64,000 nt of DNA, taken from the NCBI GenBank assembly GCA_946403295.1, contig CAMIZL010000004.1, forward strand, positions 7,113-71,112, written 5' to 3'. Below are positions 1-9,648 of this stretch, one piece after another. Within the stretch, counting starts at the first letter, position 1, and every line of letters begins with the position of its first letter. A program made the translations under genes and the position numbers. The notes beneath the pieces are model-generated. The model was not told where the DNA came from. It did no database searches and was given only the letters and a program-made list of their open reading frames with translations. Source of the stretch: an uncultured Clostridia bacterium. Its GTDB lineage: Bacteria; Bacillota; Clostridia; Lachnospirales; Lachnospiraceae.

Positions 1-16
1 CGGAGAGGAAAACGGA

Positions 17-910
17 TTGAGAATCATAAACGTTATCGAGGATACGGAAGGAGCGGCGGGCTGTATCTTCGCGCACGGATTGTCGTTTTACATCGAAACG
101 GACAAACATAAACTGCTTATGGACCTCGGTCCTTCGCAGGACACACTGAAAAATGCCGCTGTTTTGGGGATCGACCTTAAGGCGGTCGACACGGTCATCC
201 TCAGCCACGGACACTATGACCATTCGGGCGGGATACTGCCGTTTGCGGACATAAACGCCGGAGCGACGATCTACATGCAGGAGTCCGCTGCCGGAGAGTT
301 TTATGCGGATGACGCAGAGGCCGCGCGATGTGACCACGGTGAGGAAGGCGCTGAAAACGCGCCGGGTAACCGGGGATCGGACGACGGAGAAAGATACCGT
401 TTTATCGGGATCGACGGGCGGATAACATCGCTTCCCGGAGTGCGCTTTATTGACGGCGACAAGGTGATCGACGACGAGCTTTCGTTGTTCGTCGTGAAGC
501 AAAGGACGCACGAGCTTCCGTCGACTAACAGGCGGATACTCATGAAGAAGGACGGAAGGTATGTCCGTGACGATTTTAGACATGAACATTTTTTGGTAGT
601 CCGAAGCGGGGGAAAAAGCGTACTTGTTTCGGGATGCGCCCATACCGGAATACTCAGTATTCTTGACGCATATGCACAAAAGTTCGGCTCCTACCCCGAC
701 GCCGCCGTGAGCGGCTTCCATCTCATGAAGAAGAGCCCTTATACAAAGGACGAGGTGAAGGAGATCGAGGATATCGCGAGGGAACTTTCGGGTTACCCGA
801 CAAAGTTCTGCACGTGCCATTGCACGGGAGTGCCGGCATTTGAGCTTATGAAGAAGATCATGGGTGACAGGCTTATATATGTTCATTCGGGCGAAGAAGT
901 ATTTTTGTAA
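17..910 (+). CDS. MBL-fold metallo-hydrolase
   Basis: 297-aa ORF with a TTG start downstream of GGAGAGG. SHGHYDHSGG is the HxHxDH zinc motif of the metallo-beta-lactamase fold. Confidence 0.8.
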   Translation: MRIINVIEDTEGAAGCIFAHGLSFYIETDKHKLLMDLGPSQDTLKNAAVLGIDLKAVDTVILSHGHYDHSGGILPFADINAGATIYMQESAAGEFYADDAEAARCDHGEEGAENAPGNRGSDDGERYRFIGIDGRITSLPGVRFIDGDKVIDDELSLFVVKQRTHELPSTNRRILMKKDGRYVRDDFRHEHFLVVRSGGKSVLVSGCAHTGILSILDAYAQKFGSYPDAAVSGFHLMKKSPYTKDEVKEIEDIARELSGYPTKFCTCHCTGVPAFELMKKIMGDRLIYVHSGEEVFL

Positions 911-969
911 AACGTTACGACGCCCCAAAGCCGGGCGGATCACATAAATGTAGTAGGAGGAGAGACTGA

Positions 970-1299
970 ATGGATTGCATGAAATGTCAGTCATTGATCG
1001 AGAGTTTTTTGAAACAGTCGCTTACTCCGGCTGAAAATGATGAATTCATCAGGCACGTTAAGGGTTGCCCGGAGTGCTACGGTGAGCTTGAGGTCTACCA
1101 CATGGTAAATACCGTTGTATCGCAGCTCGACAGCGGTGAAGAAGAGGAAGACATCGATTACAAGGATTCGCTCGCACGAATGCTGAACCGCGCGGGGACG
1201 CACAAGAGAAGGATCCGTGTCGCAAAGTACATTTTTATGACTGCGATCGTAACGATCCTGATCATCATTTACTTCCTTATCAGGGGGATCGTTTTTTAA
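970..1299 (+). CDS. zf-HC2-type anti-sigma-factor-like membrane protein
   Basis: 109 aa with RBS GGAGGAG upstream. N-terminal C-x2-C...H-x3-C-x2-C pattern (MDCMKCQ...HVKGCPEC) and a single C-terminal TM helix (YIFMTAIVTILIIIYFLI). No sigma-factor gene is adjacent. Confidence 0.6.
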   Translation: MDCMKCQSLIESFLKQSLTPAENDEFIRHVKGCPECYGELEVYHMVNTVVSQLDSGEEEEDIDYKDSLARMLNRAGTHKRRIRVAKYIFMTAIVTILIIIYFLIRGIVF

Positions 1300-1389
1300 A
1301 ACAGCGACGGGCTTATAGCTGGAGATAAACTCTTACTTCGCGGCGAGGATCCGGGAGGGAGATCATTTTACGATAACGGCTTTTAAAGG

Positions 1390-4263
1390 ATGGATATGGG
1401 ACAGAATAACGACAAAGACACATTACTTATCATAGACGGGTCAAGCCTCTTGACCACGATGTTCTTCGGCAATCTGCCGAGGGAGATCCTGTTTGCAAAG
1501 ACCGACGAAGAGAAGGAAAAATATTTTTACAAGATCATGCAGAACTCGAAGGGTGCGTATACAAATGCGATATTCGGGTTCTTCAGGACGCTTTTTAAGA
1601 TCCTTTCCGGAAACGCCTGCCCGAAATATCTGGCGATCGCGTGGGATATGGGCCGCGACACGTTCCGCAGGAAGATCGACAGTTCCTATAAAGCGAACCG
1701 TAAAACGACCTTAAAGCCTCTGTCCCAGCAGTTCGAGAGGATCGAAGCCATGCTTGACGCCGCCGGTTTCAGGCAGTTCATGAGTGAGGATTACGAAGCT
1801 GACGATTATGCCGGAACACTTGCGTCCCGCTTCGAAGACGAAGTGAACGTCAGGATCATGACGAAGGATAACGACTATCTGCAGCTTGTCAGCGAGAAAA
1901 CGCATCTGTTTTTGATGCATTCGACACAGGAAAAGACCGACGAGCTATACAAGAAATACGGGATCGAGAAGAAGAGCACGATACCCGATCGTTGTTTCGA
2001 ATACGATCCGGAGCTCGTCGAGAAAGAGTTTCTCATCAAACCCGAATCTGTGCCGGATCTTAAGGGCCTCAAGGGCGACGCGTCCGACAATATCAAAGGT
2101 ATAAAAGGTGTCGGCGAAGAGACTGCGGCAAAGATGATCGCGCATTACAAGACTATCGAGGCAATGTACGAAGATATCGGCCCTCTGCCCGTTACACCCG
2201 CGCGCCAGAAGGAACTTACGGAACTCTTTAAGAGCTTCGGTATCAACAGGCCGCCCATCAAGCTCCTTACAAGGGTTGATGAGGAAGGATCGGCGCAGGA
2301 AGATGCCATGAAGAGCAAAAAGCTTGCGACCATCAAGAGGGACATCGATCTCGGTGATCTTAAGCTTGAGGATCTTGAGATCGCGGCAAATTATTCAAAG
2401 ATGGCGCTTATCCGCGAGTTTGAAGACCTTGAGATCAAGGCGCTTAAGGTGCCCTCGGTCATCGGAAGCGAGGGAGCTTATAACAAGGCGGTTGCCGAAG
2501 AAGAGATCAAATTTGAGACAGTCGAAGACGGTAAGGCACTTGCAGAAGTGCTTGAGACCATAGAAAAGACAGCGTATGACACGTCCGCCAAAAACACGGC
2601 GGGAACGGGAGAAAAAAGCGGTTCGCCAAATCCCCGGGAAGCGGTTGTCGGGGTCGAAGTCGTGCCCGGAACGGACGGAACATATAAGGCGCTCGCACTC
2701 TGGGCAGGCGATAACGGATATATCATAACGCGTGAAGCTCTCGAAACTTTCGGAACGGAAAAGTTTGTGGACGGGATAGCCGGGAAGGTGCTCATAAGCG
2801 TTAAAGGATTAAAGGATTTTTACAGAATGACCGGCGTGAGCGAGATCGGGAACGTTCATGACCCGCTGCTCGCGGACTACCTCTTAAATCCCGATGGAGG
2901 AGACTCGGGTGACGACGAAGAAGCCGGTGACGAGAAGCCTTCAAAGAGCAAGGCGAAGGAACTCACTGATAAAGATCATGTCATTGAGGCAAAAATGAGT
3001 GCGCTGAACGCGTGGGATCAAAAGAAGGCAATTGAAGAGACAGGCATGACGTATGTTCTCGATGAGATCGAAAAGCCGCTTTCGTATGTGCTCGCGTGCA
3101 TGGAAAAAGAGGGCGTGCTGCTTGATACAAAGGCGCTCGAAGAATTTGCGAAGAGCCTTGAGAAGGACATCGGGGAAACGCAGGCGAAGATATACGAGAG
3201 GGCAGGGGAAGAGTTTAACATCAACTCTCCGAAGGCACTCGGGACCGTCCTTTTCGAGAAGATGAGGCTTCCGAGCGGCAAAAAGACAAAGACCGGTTAT
3301 TCGACTTCCGCGCAGGTGCTTGAAAAGATCAGACTCGAGGATCCGATCATAGAGATGATCCTCACATACAGACAGCTTTTTAAACTGAATTCCACATATG
3401 CGACGGCGCTTCCCACATATATGGGTGCGGACGGCAGGATAAGGACCACGTTCAACCAAACCGCAACGGCCACGGGACGACTCAGCAGCAGCGACCCGAA
3501 CCTTCAGAACATACCGATACGTTCCGACAAGGGAAGGCTCATCAGAAGGGCGTTTGTGGCAGGTAAGGGCAAGGTGCTCGTGGATGCGGACTATTCGCAG
3601 ATAGAGCTGAGGATACTTTCGTCCATGTCGGGCGACGAAAAGCTCATCGCTTCATACAAAAACCATGTGGACATCCATGCGGCGACCGCGGCTGAAGTAT
3701 TCCATGTGCCGCTTTCGCAGGTTACGGATAAAGAAAGAAGCCGCGCGAAGGCCGTTAATTTCGGTATCGTATACGGTATAAGCTCATTCGGACTCGGAAC
3801 GGGTCTTGATATTTCGAGGGCGGAAGCGCAGGGATATATCGACGCATATTTCCTCACGTATCCGACTGTCAGGAGCTATCTTGACGGTTTGATCGCTTCG
3901 GCCAGGGATAAAGGTTATTCGGTGACTCTCTTCGGAAGGCGCAGACCGATCGCGGACATATCGTCGGCGAATTTCATAAAGCGCAGCTTCAGCGAGAGGA
4001 TCGCCATGAACGCCCCGATACAGGGAACGGCGGCCGACATCATGAAGATCGCGATGATCAGGGTGTTCAGAAGGCTTAAAGCGGAGCTTCCCGAAGCAAA
4101 GCTTATTTTGCAGGTTCACGACGAACTTCTTGTCGAGGCGGATGAGAAGGATGCCGCAAAAGCGGCTAAGATCCTCGAGGAAGAGATGAAGGCTTCGGCA
4201 GATCTTGCCGTTGAGCTTGAAGTCGGGATCGGAACCGGAGTAAACTGGGGAGACGCTCATTGA
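1390..4263 (+). CDS. polA: DNA polymerase I
   Basis: 957 aa. Has a 5'-nuclease domain (LLIIDGSSL, GIKGVGEETA) and family A polymerase motifs (DYSQIELRIL, RSRAKAVNFGIVYG, QVHDELLVE). The central exonuclease-like domain lacks an obvious DxE motif. Confidence 0.95.
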   Translation: MDMGQNNDKDTLLIIDGSSLLTTMFFGNLPREILFAKTDEEKEKYFYKIMQNSKGAYTNAIFGFFRTLFKILSGNACPKYLAIAWDMGRDTFRRKIDSSYKANRKTTLKPLSQQFERIEAMLDAAGFRQFMSEDYEADDYAGTLASRFEDEVNVRIMTKDNDYLQLVSEKTHLFLMHSTQEKTDELYKKYGIEKKSTIPDRCFEYDPELVEKEFLIKPESVPDLKGLKGDASDNIKGIKGVGEETAAKMIAHYKTIEAMYEDIGPLPVTPARQKELTELFKSFGINRPPIKLLTRVDEEGSAQEDAMKSKKLATIKRDIDLGDLKLEDLEIAANYSKMALIREFEDLEIKALKVPSVIGSEGAYNKAVAEEEIKFETVEDGKALAEVLETIEKTAYDTSAKNTAGTGEKSGSPNPREAVVGVEVVPGTDGTYKALALWAGDNGYIITREALETFGTEKFVDGIAGKVLISVKGLKDFYRMTGVSEIGNVHDPLLADYLLNPDGGDSGDDEEAGDEKPSKSKAKELTDKDHVIEAKMSALNAWDQKKAIEETGMTYVLDEIEKPLSYVLACMEKEGVLLDTKALEEFAKSLEKDIGETQAKIYERAGEEFNINSPKALGTVLFEKMRLPSGKKTKTGYSTSAQVLEKIRLEDPIIEMILTYRQLFKLNSTYATALPTYMGADGRIRTTFNQTATATGRLSSSDPNLQNIPIRSDKGRLIRRAFVAGKGKVLVDADYSQIELRILSSMSGDEKLIASYKNHVDIHAATAAEVFHVPLSQVTDKERSRAKAVNFGIVYGISSFGLGTGLDISRAEAQGYIDAYFLTYPTVRSYLDGLIASARDKGYSVTLFGRRRPIADISSANFIKRSFSERIAMNAPIQGTAADIMKIAMIRVFRRLKAELPEAKLILQVHDELLVEADEKDAAKAAKILEEEMKASADLAVELEVGIGTGVNWGDAH

Positions 4264-4276
4264 GGAAGGACACGAT

Positions 4277-4873
4277 ATGGCAGTTATCGGAATAACGGGC
4301 GGAGCGGGTACAGGTAAATCTTTTGTCGCGGGGATCGCGGCGGAGAGATTCGATATGCTCCACATAGATACGGACAAACTTGCGCGGGCCCAGATGATGC
4401 CGGGCGGGGTTGCATATACGGGAGTGGCGGAAGCTTTTCCGGACTGCGTCATGGACGGGCAGATCGACCGCGCGGCGCTTGCAAAGAAGGTTTTTGGCAA
4501 CAAAGAACTTCTCGGGAAACTGAACGGACTCACACATCCCTTTGTCAGGGAGGCGGTTGAGACACTCATAAAGAACGCAGAAGGGCTTTTCGAACATGTA
4601 CTCATCGAGACCGCGATACTTGCCGATGCCGGTTATTGTCCGATCTGCGATGCGGTCTGGTATGTTACGGCGCCTCTTGAAGACAGAAAGAAGCGGCTCG
4701 CCGGGCGCGGATACGACGCAGAAAGGATAGAGAGTGTGCTCGGATCGCAGCCGTCCGACGAAGAATACAGGAAGACTTCCACATATGTGATATATAACGG
4801 CGAAGATGCCGACGGGGAAAAGATCCTCGAACAGATAGAGGAAGCAGCTTCGCTGCTTCCAAAGAGGAGGTAA
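4277..4873 (+). CDS. coaE: dephospho-CoA kinase
   Basis: 198 aa. P-loop at the N-terminus (IGITGGAGTGKS). Size and the position directly after polA are typical. Confidence 0.9.
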   Translation: MAVIGITGGAGTGKSFVAGIAAERFDMLHIDTDKLARAQMMPGGVAYTGVAEAFPDCVMDGQIDRAALAKKVFGNKELLGKLNGLTHPFVREAVETLIKNAEGLFEHVLIETAILADAGYCPICDAVWYVTAPLEDRKKRLAGRGYDAERIESVLGSQPSDEEYRKTSTYVIYNGEDADGEKILEQIEEAASLLPKRR

Positions 4874-4876
4874 AGA

Positions 4877-7039
4877 ATGGATACGGGTAAAGAAAACTTG
4901 ATCTTTGGCTTGGACATCGGAACACGCAGTGTTGTCGGAACAGTCGGATACAGGACTTCCACGCGCGAATTTGTCGCGGTAGCCCAGTCCGTGAGATTCC
5001 ACAAAACCCGTGCCATGCTCGACGGACAGATCCATGATATCGGCGCTGTAGCGGCAACCATCGGTGAAGTAAAGCGTGAACTTGAGAACAAGACCGGCAA
5101 GAGACTCACCGGTGTTTGTATTGCGGCCGCAGGTCGTGTCCTCAAGACCAGACAGGTCAGGATCGATTATGATCTCGAAGGCGAGGCTGTGATCGATAAC
5201 GGCATGATCCACACCATGGAATTGATGGGTGTGGAGAAGGCAAGCGACGTCCTTCGCCGTGAAGAAAAGGGTGGCGGCAATTACTTCTGTGTCGGTTATT
5301 CCGTAACAAAATATTATCTCGGCGATATCGCGATCACAAACCTTGAGGGACATAAAGGAACCGCGATCGGTGCGGATCTTCTCGCAACATTCCTTCCGCG
5401 CGATGTAACGGACGGACTTTATGCCGCTACGGACAGGGCGGGTCTTGAGGTCATCAACCTGACACTCGAGCCCATCGCAGCCATAAACATTGCGATCCCT
5501 CAAAAATTCAGACTCCTCAATCTCGCACTTGTCGACGTCGGAGCGGGAACAAGCGATATATGTATCACAAGCGAGGGTTCGGTCACCGCTTACGGCATGA
5601 TCCCGAGGGCGGGCGATTTCCTTACCGAATCGATCATGCAGAAATATCTCGTGGAATTCGCTACAGCCGAAGATATGAAGATCGCGCTCGCAGGCAAGAA
5701 AAAGAAGATCACATATAAAGATATCATCGGGGCGAAGACTTCGGTTGCGGCGGAAGATCTTAAGGCATCGCTTGGCGATCCCCTAAAAGAACTCGCCCGT
5801 CTCATCGCCGAAAAGATCAGGGAGCTTAACGGCGGCAAATCCCCGAGTGCCGTATTTCTTGTAGGAGGCGGCGGCAAAACGCCCGGATTCACCGACATGA
5901 TAGCCGCGGCTCTCAAGATCGCGCCCGAGCGTGTCGCTCTTCGTGGTGCTGAAGTCCTCGGCGAAGTACGTTTCGTTGAAGAAAACATCAAAAAGGATCC
6001 GATGCTCGTTACGCCTATCGGTATCTGCCTTAATTATTATGAGCAAAACAACAACTTCATCTTCGCACGCGTTAACGGCGAACTCTTAAGACTCTATGAC
6101 AACGGTCATTTAACGGTTATGGATGCTGCCATGGGAATCGGCATTGACACAAGCTCGCTTTTCCCCGCAAGAGGCGACGGTGTTTCGTTCACCTTCAACG
6201 GCAAGAGCAGGCTTGTGCGCGGTGAGGCGGGAGAAGGAGCAATAATAAAGATCAACGGACAACAGGGATCGATCGCATCGCCCATCGTCAGGGGTGACGA
6301 AGTCATCATCACTCCTTCGACAAAGGGTGCCCCCGCACAGGTCAGTGTCGAAAGTCTTGCCGAGGGTGCAAGAAGCATCTGCTTCAATGTAAACGGTCAT
6401 AAAGTTGCGGCTCCGAGACTTTTGCTCGTCAACGGCAAAGAAGCCGAACCCGATATGTTCGTGCAAAACGGTGACAGTATCGAGGAAGCCGACTATTATA
6501 CGGCCGGACGACTCCTTGAATATATGGATGTCGAGGCGATAGGGACCATAAGCATTAATAACGTTCCCGCGCTCAAAGAGGACAAAGTTTACGAGAATTT
6601 CAGCATAGACTTCGAGCTTGCGGGCGAAGACAGTTCGCTTGACAATCATGATGAAATGTTGCAAGATATTTCAGGTGTTGAGGAGCCGAAGGCTTCCGAT
6701 AAGCCCTCGGAGACAGAAAAAACTCAAGTTTTGCCCGATAAGTCCGAAGCTTCGGACAAGGCGGGATCAAAGGACGACGGGAAAACTTCCGGTGTCGGTC
6801 AGGCCCCGAAAAAGCAGGAAAGCGCCGGCGGCGAGAGTATTGTCGTTACGGTAAACGGTACGCCCGTGGCACTCAAGGGGAAGGATCTTTACAGACTCGT
6901 TGATGTGCTTGATGTTTATCCTTCGTTTGATACGAAAAACCCTCAGGGCGACAGGGCCGTCATCCGCATAAACGGAGAGGACACCGATTTTATTCACGAA
7001 ATCTACCGGGGAGATCAGATCGAACTTCGCTGGGAATGA
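4877..7039 (+). CDS. FtsA/PilM-like actin-fold ATPase with long C-terminal extension
   Basis: 720 aa. Phosphate-1 motif (FGLDIGTRSVVG), a DVGAGTSDI motif and a later GGGGKTPG motif indicate an ASKHA/actin fold. The C-terminal ~330 aa contains repeated VNG...GD-x-I modules. Confidence 0.65.
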   Translation: MDTGKENLIFGLDIGTRSVVGTVGYRTSTREFVAVAQSVRFHKTRAMLDGQIHDIGAVAATIGEVKRELENKTGKRLTGVCIAAAGRVLKTRQVRIDYDLEGEAVIDNGMIHTMELMGVEKASDVLRREEKGGGNYFCVGYSVTKYYLGDIAITNLEGHKGTAIGADLLATFLPRDVTDGLYAATDRAGLEVINLTLEPIAAINIAIPQKFRLLNLALVDVGAGTSDICITSEGSVTAYGMIPRAGDFLTESIMQKYLVEFATAEDMKIALAGKKKKITYKDIIGAKTSVAAEDLKASLGDPLKELARLIAEKIRELNGGKSPSAVFLVGGGGKTPGFTDMIAAALKIAPERVALRGAEVLGEVRFVEENIKKDPMLVTPIGICLNYYEQNNNFIFARVNGELLRLYDNGHLTVMDAAMGIGIDTSSLFPARGDGVSFTFNGKSRLVRGEAGEGAIIKINGQQGSIASPIVRGDEVIITPSTKGAPAQVSVESLAEGARSICFNVNGHKVAAPRLLLVNGKEAEPDMFVQNGDSIEEADYYTAGRLLEYMDVEAIGTISINNVPALKEDKVYENFSIDFELAGEDSSLDNHDEMLQDISGVEEPKASDKPSETEKTQVLPDKSEASDKAGSKDDGKTSGVGQAPKKQESAGGESIVVTVNGTPVALKGKDLYRLVDVLDVYPSFDTKNPQGDRAVIRINGEDTDFIHEIYRGDQIELRWE

Positions 7040-7051
7040 TAGGAGTTTGTT

Positions 7052-7846
7052 TTGAAATTTTGTTCACTTGCCAGCGGCAGCAGCGGCAACTGCCTTTATC
7101 TGAAGGCGGGCGATACGGCCGTTCTCATAGACGCGGGTATTACATGTAAGAAGATATGCGAGGGGCTCGAAAATATCGGAGAGAGCCTCTGCAACATAAA
7201 AGCATGCTTCGTCACGCACGATCACAGCGATCATATCAAAGGCGTGCCGGTGCTCATGAGGAAGTTCCGGATTCCCGTATATGCGACGGCGGGAACCCTC
7301 ACGGCCATTGCCCTCAGTGACAAGCTTGGAGTACCGAGGGAACTCATGTATGAACTCGTTCCCGACAGAGAGGTGACGCTCGGAGACGCAAACATCACTC
7401 CTTACAGGATATCGCACGATGCCGCGGATCCCGTGTGCTACACGATCAGGCACGGAGACAAAAAACTCGGCATGGCTACGGACCTGGGAGAATACACGGA
7501 TTATACGCTTCTTCATCTTGCGGATTCAAACGCGCTCTATGTCGAAGCAAATCATAACAAAAACATGCTCATGATGGGGGCTTATCCCTATCAGCTTAAG
7601 CTCAGGATCGACTCGCCGCTCGGCCATCTTTCAAACGAGGCCTGCGGTGACATGGTTGCAAGTCTTTTGACGCCGAGGCTCAAAACGGTTATGCTGGCGC
7701 ACATCAGTGCCGACAACAATTTTACCGAGCTCGCTTTTCAGACCGTCAGCCAGATAGTGGGCGAAGCGGCATCACGGAAGGGATATGAGATCCCGAAGAT
7801 AGTTGTTGCGGATCGTTTTTGCAACACGGATATTTTTGAGATTTGA
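7052..7846 (+). CDS. MBL-fold metallo-hydrolase (YycJ/WalJ-like)
   Basis: 264 aa with a TTG start 6 nt after AGGAG. N-terminal SGSSGNC and THDHSDH (HxHxDH) motifs. Confidence 0.8.
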   Translation: MKFCSLASGSSGNCLYLKAGDTAVLIDAGITCKKICEGLENIGESLCNIKACFVTHDHSDHIKGVPVLMRKFRIPVYATAGTLTAIALSDKLGVPRELMYELVPDREVTLGDANITPYRISHDAADPVCYTIRHGDKKLGMATDLGEYTDYTLLHLADSNALYVEANHNKNMLMMGAYPYQLKLRIDSPLGHLSNEACGDMVASLLTPRLKTVMLAHISADNNFTELAFQTVSQIVGEAASRKGYEIPKIVVADRFCNTDIFEI

Positions 7847-7978
7847 GAAGGAAGGCGTTTCCCTGAAATTTGCGGAACCGAAACGGGGAAAAGAACGTCT
7901 GATATATTGGGGAACATGATCATAAACAATAAAAAGGGACCGGTTTAAAAGAACCCGGGCCTCGAAGAGGAGATCAGT

Positions 7979-8251
7979 ATGCAGAAAGTAATTATTACCG
8001 TAGTCGGAAAAGACTGTGTAGGAATCATGGCAAAGGTATGTACATATCTTGCCGAAAAACAGATCAACATCCTTGATATTTCCCAGACGATCGTTTCGGG
8101 TTATTTCAACATGATGATGGTTGCCGACAGACAGCTCGACAAGAGTCATTTTGAAGAGACGGCGAAGGAACTTGAAGAACTCGGCAACTCCATCGGAGTA
8201 GTCATTCGCATGCAGCGCGAAGAGATCTTTAATATGATGCACAGAATCTGA
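7979..8251 (+). CDS. ACT domain protein (UPF0237 family)
   Basis: 90 aa. [16 protein letters not shown] is the ACT-domain start. Sits immediately upstream of a UPF0210-type gene, the usual pairing. Confidence 0.8.
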   Translation: MQKVIITVVGKDCVGIMAKVCTYLAEKQINILDISQTIVSGYFNMMMVADRQLDKSHFEETAKELEELGNSIGVVIRMQREEIFNMMHRI

Positions 8252-8262
8252 AAGGAAGAACC

Positions 8263-9627
8263 ATGATAAATTTATCGGAAGTATCTGAGACCAATGAGAT
8301 GATCAACAAGGAAAACCTTGACGTGAGAACGATCACCATGGGTATCAGCCTGTATGACTGTGCGGGTGAAGATCTTGCACGTGTCTGCGACAGGATTTTG
8401 GAAAAGATCACAAGAAAGGCCGGCCGTCTTGTTGAGGTTGGCGAGCACATTTCAAAAAGCTACGGTATCCCCGTGGTAAATAAACGTATAGCGGTAACAC
8501 CCATCTCGAGCATAGGATCATCCTGCTGCAAGAGCGAGGAGGATTATGTCAAGCTTGCCCTCACACTCGAAAAGGCAGCGCAGGAGACGGGCGTAAATCT
8601 GATCGGAGGTTACGGCGCCGTCATCTCTAAAGGAATGACAGACCATGAGAAGATATTCCTTCGCTCCATTCCCGAGGCACTTAAGGTTACAAGGAGTGTT
8701 TGCAGTTCCGTGAACGTGGGTTCGACCAGAACCGGCATAAACATGGATGCCGTAAGGATGATGGGCGAGATCATCGTTGACACGGCCAAGGCATCATACG
8801 GGACCGATTCTCTCGGCTGCGCAAAGCTTGTCGTATTCTGCAACGCACCCGATGACAATCCCTTTATGGCGGGTGCTTTCCATGGCGTGAGCGAGGGCGA
8901 AGCAGTCATAAACGTTGGTATCAGCGGCCCGGGAGTAGTAAAGAAGGCACTCGAGGGACTTCACGGGGCAAGTTTCGAAGTCCTTTGCGAGGCTATTAAG
9001 AAAACGGCTTTCAAGATCACAAGAGTAGGTCAGCTCGTTGCCACCGAAGCAGCCAAGAGACTTGATGTGCCGTTCGGTATCGTGGATCTTTCGCTGGCAC
9101 CCACACCCGCTGTGGGCGACAGTGTGGCAGACATACTTAAGGAAATCGGACTTGAACATCCCGGAGCACCCGGAACTACGGCGGCTCTTGCACTTTTGAA
9201 CGACCAGGTCAAGAAGGGCGGAGTTATGGCAAGTTCCTATGTCGGCGGGCTTTCGGGCGCATTTATCCCTGTCAGCGAGGACAAGGGAATGATCGAAGCG
9301 GTGGAGGCCGGTGCGCTTTCACTCGAGAAACTTGAGGCTATGACATGTGTATGCTCTGTGGGACTCGATATGATCGCGATCCCCGGCGACACACCCGCAA
9401 CCACCATTTCCGGCATTATAGCCGACGAAATGGCTATCGGTATGATCAATCAAAAAACAACAGCAGTGAGACTTATCCCCGCGATAGGAAAGAAGGTAGG
9501 GGAAAGCCTTGATTTCGGCGGACTTTTCGGTTATTCACCCGTAATGCCCGTGAACACGTTCTCTTGCAGCGACTTTATCGGAAGAGAGGGCAGGATTCCC
9601 GCTCCGATCCACAGCTTCAAGAACTGA
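8263..9627 (+). CDS. UPF0210 (DUF711/PFL-like) family protein
   Basis: 454 aa. N-terminal [12 protein letters not shown] and the overall length match the conserved UPF0210 family that pairs with the small ACT protein. Confidence 0.8.
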   Translation: MINLSEVSETNEMINKENLDVRTITMGISLYDCAGEDLARVCDRILEKITRKAGRLVEVGEHISKSYGIPVVNKRIAVTPISSIGSSCCKSEEDYVKLALTLEKAAQETGVNLIGGYGAVISKGMTDHEKIFLRSIPEALKVTRSVCSSVNVGSTRTGINMDAVRMMGEIIVDTAKASYGTDSLGCAKLVVFCNAPDDNPFMAGAFHGVSEGEAVINVGISGPGVVKKALEGLHGASFEVLCEAIKKTAFKITRVGQLVATEAAKRLDVPFGIVDLSLAPTPAVGDSVADILKEIGLEHPGAPGTTAALALLNDQVKKGGVMASSYVGGLSGAFIPVSEDKGMIEAVEAGALSLEKLEAMTCVCSVGLDMIAIPGDTPATTISGIIADEMAIGMINQKTTAVRLIPAIGKKVGESLDFGGLFGYSPVMPVNTFSCSDFIGREGRIPAPIHSFKN

Positions 9628-9648
9628 CCCAGGAGGATCCTACAAAAA

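Noticed and set aside
2300-3000. Apparently inactive 3'-5' exonuclease domain in PolA (no DxE / Exo motifs seen)
   Set aside because: This is common in Firmicutes Pol I enzymes and is not unusual.
4166-5503. 445-aa ORF on the - strand overlapping polA, coaE and the FtsA-like gene
   Set aside because: It is antisense to three well-supported genes. It has no RBS and no recognisable motif. Its composition (Arg/Ser/Cys-rich) is typical of a shadow frame.
7847-7978. Possible riboswitch upstream of the ACT/UPF0210 pair
   Set aside because: Only weak, short complementarities are present, and I could not match any known riboswitch core. Support is insufficient.
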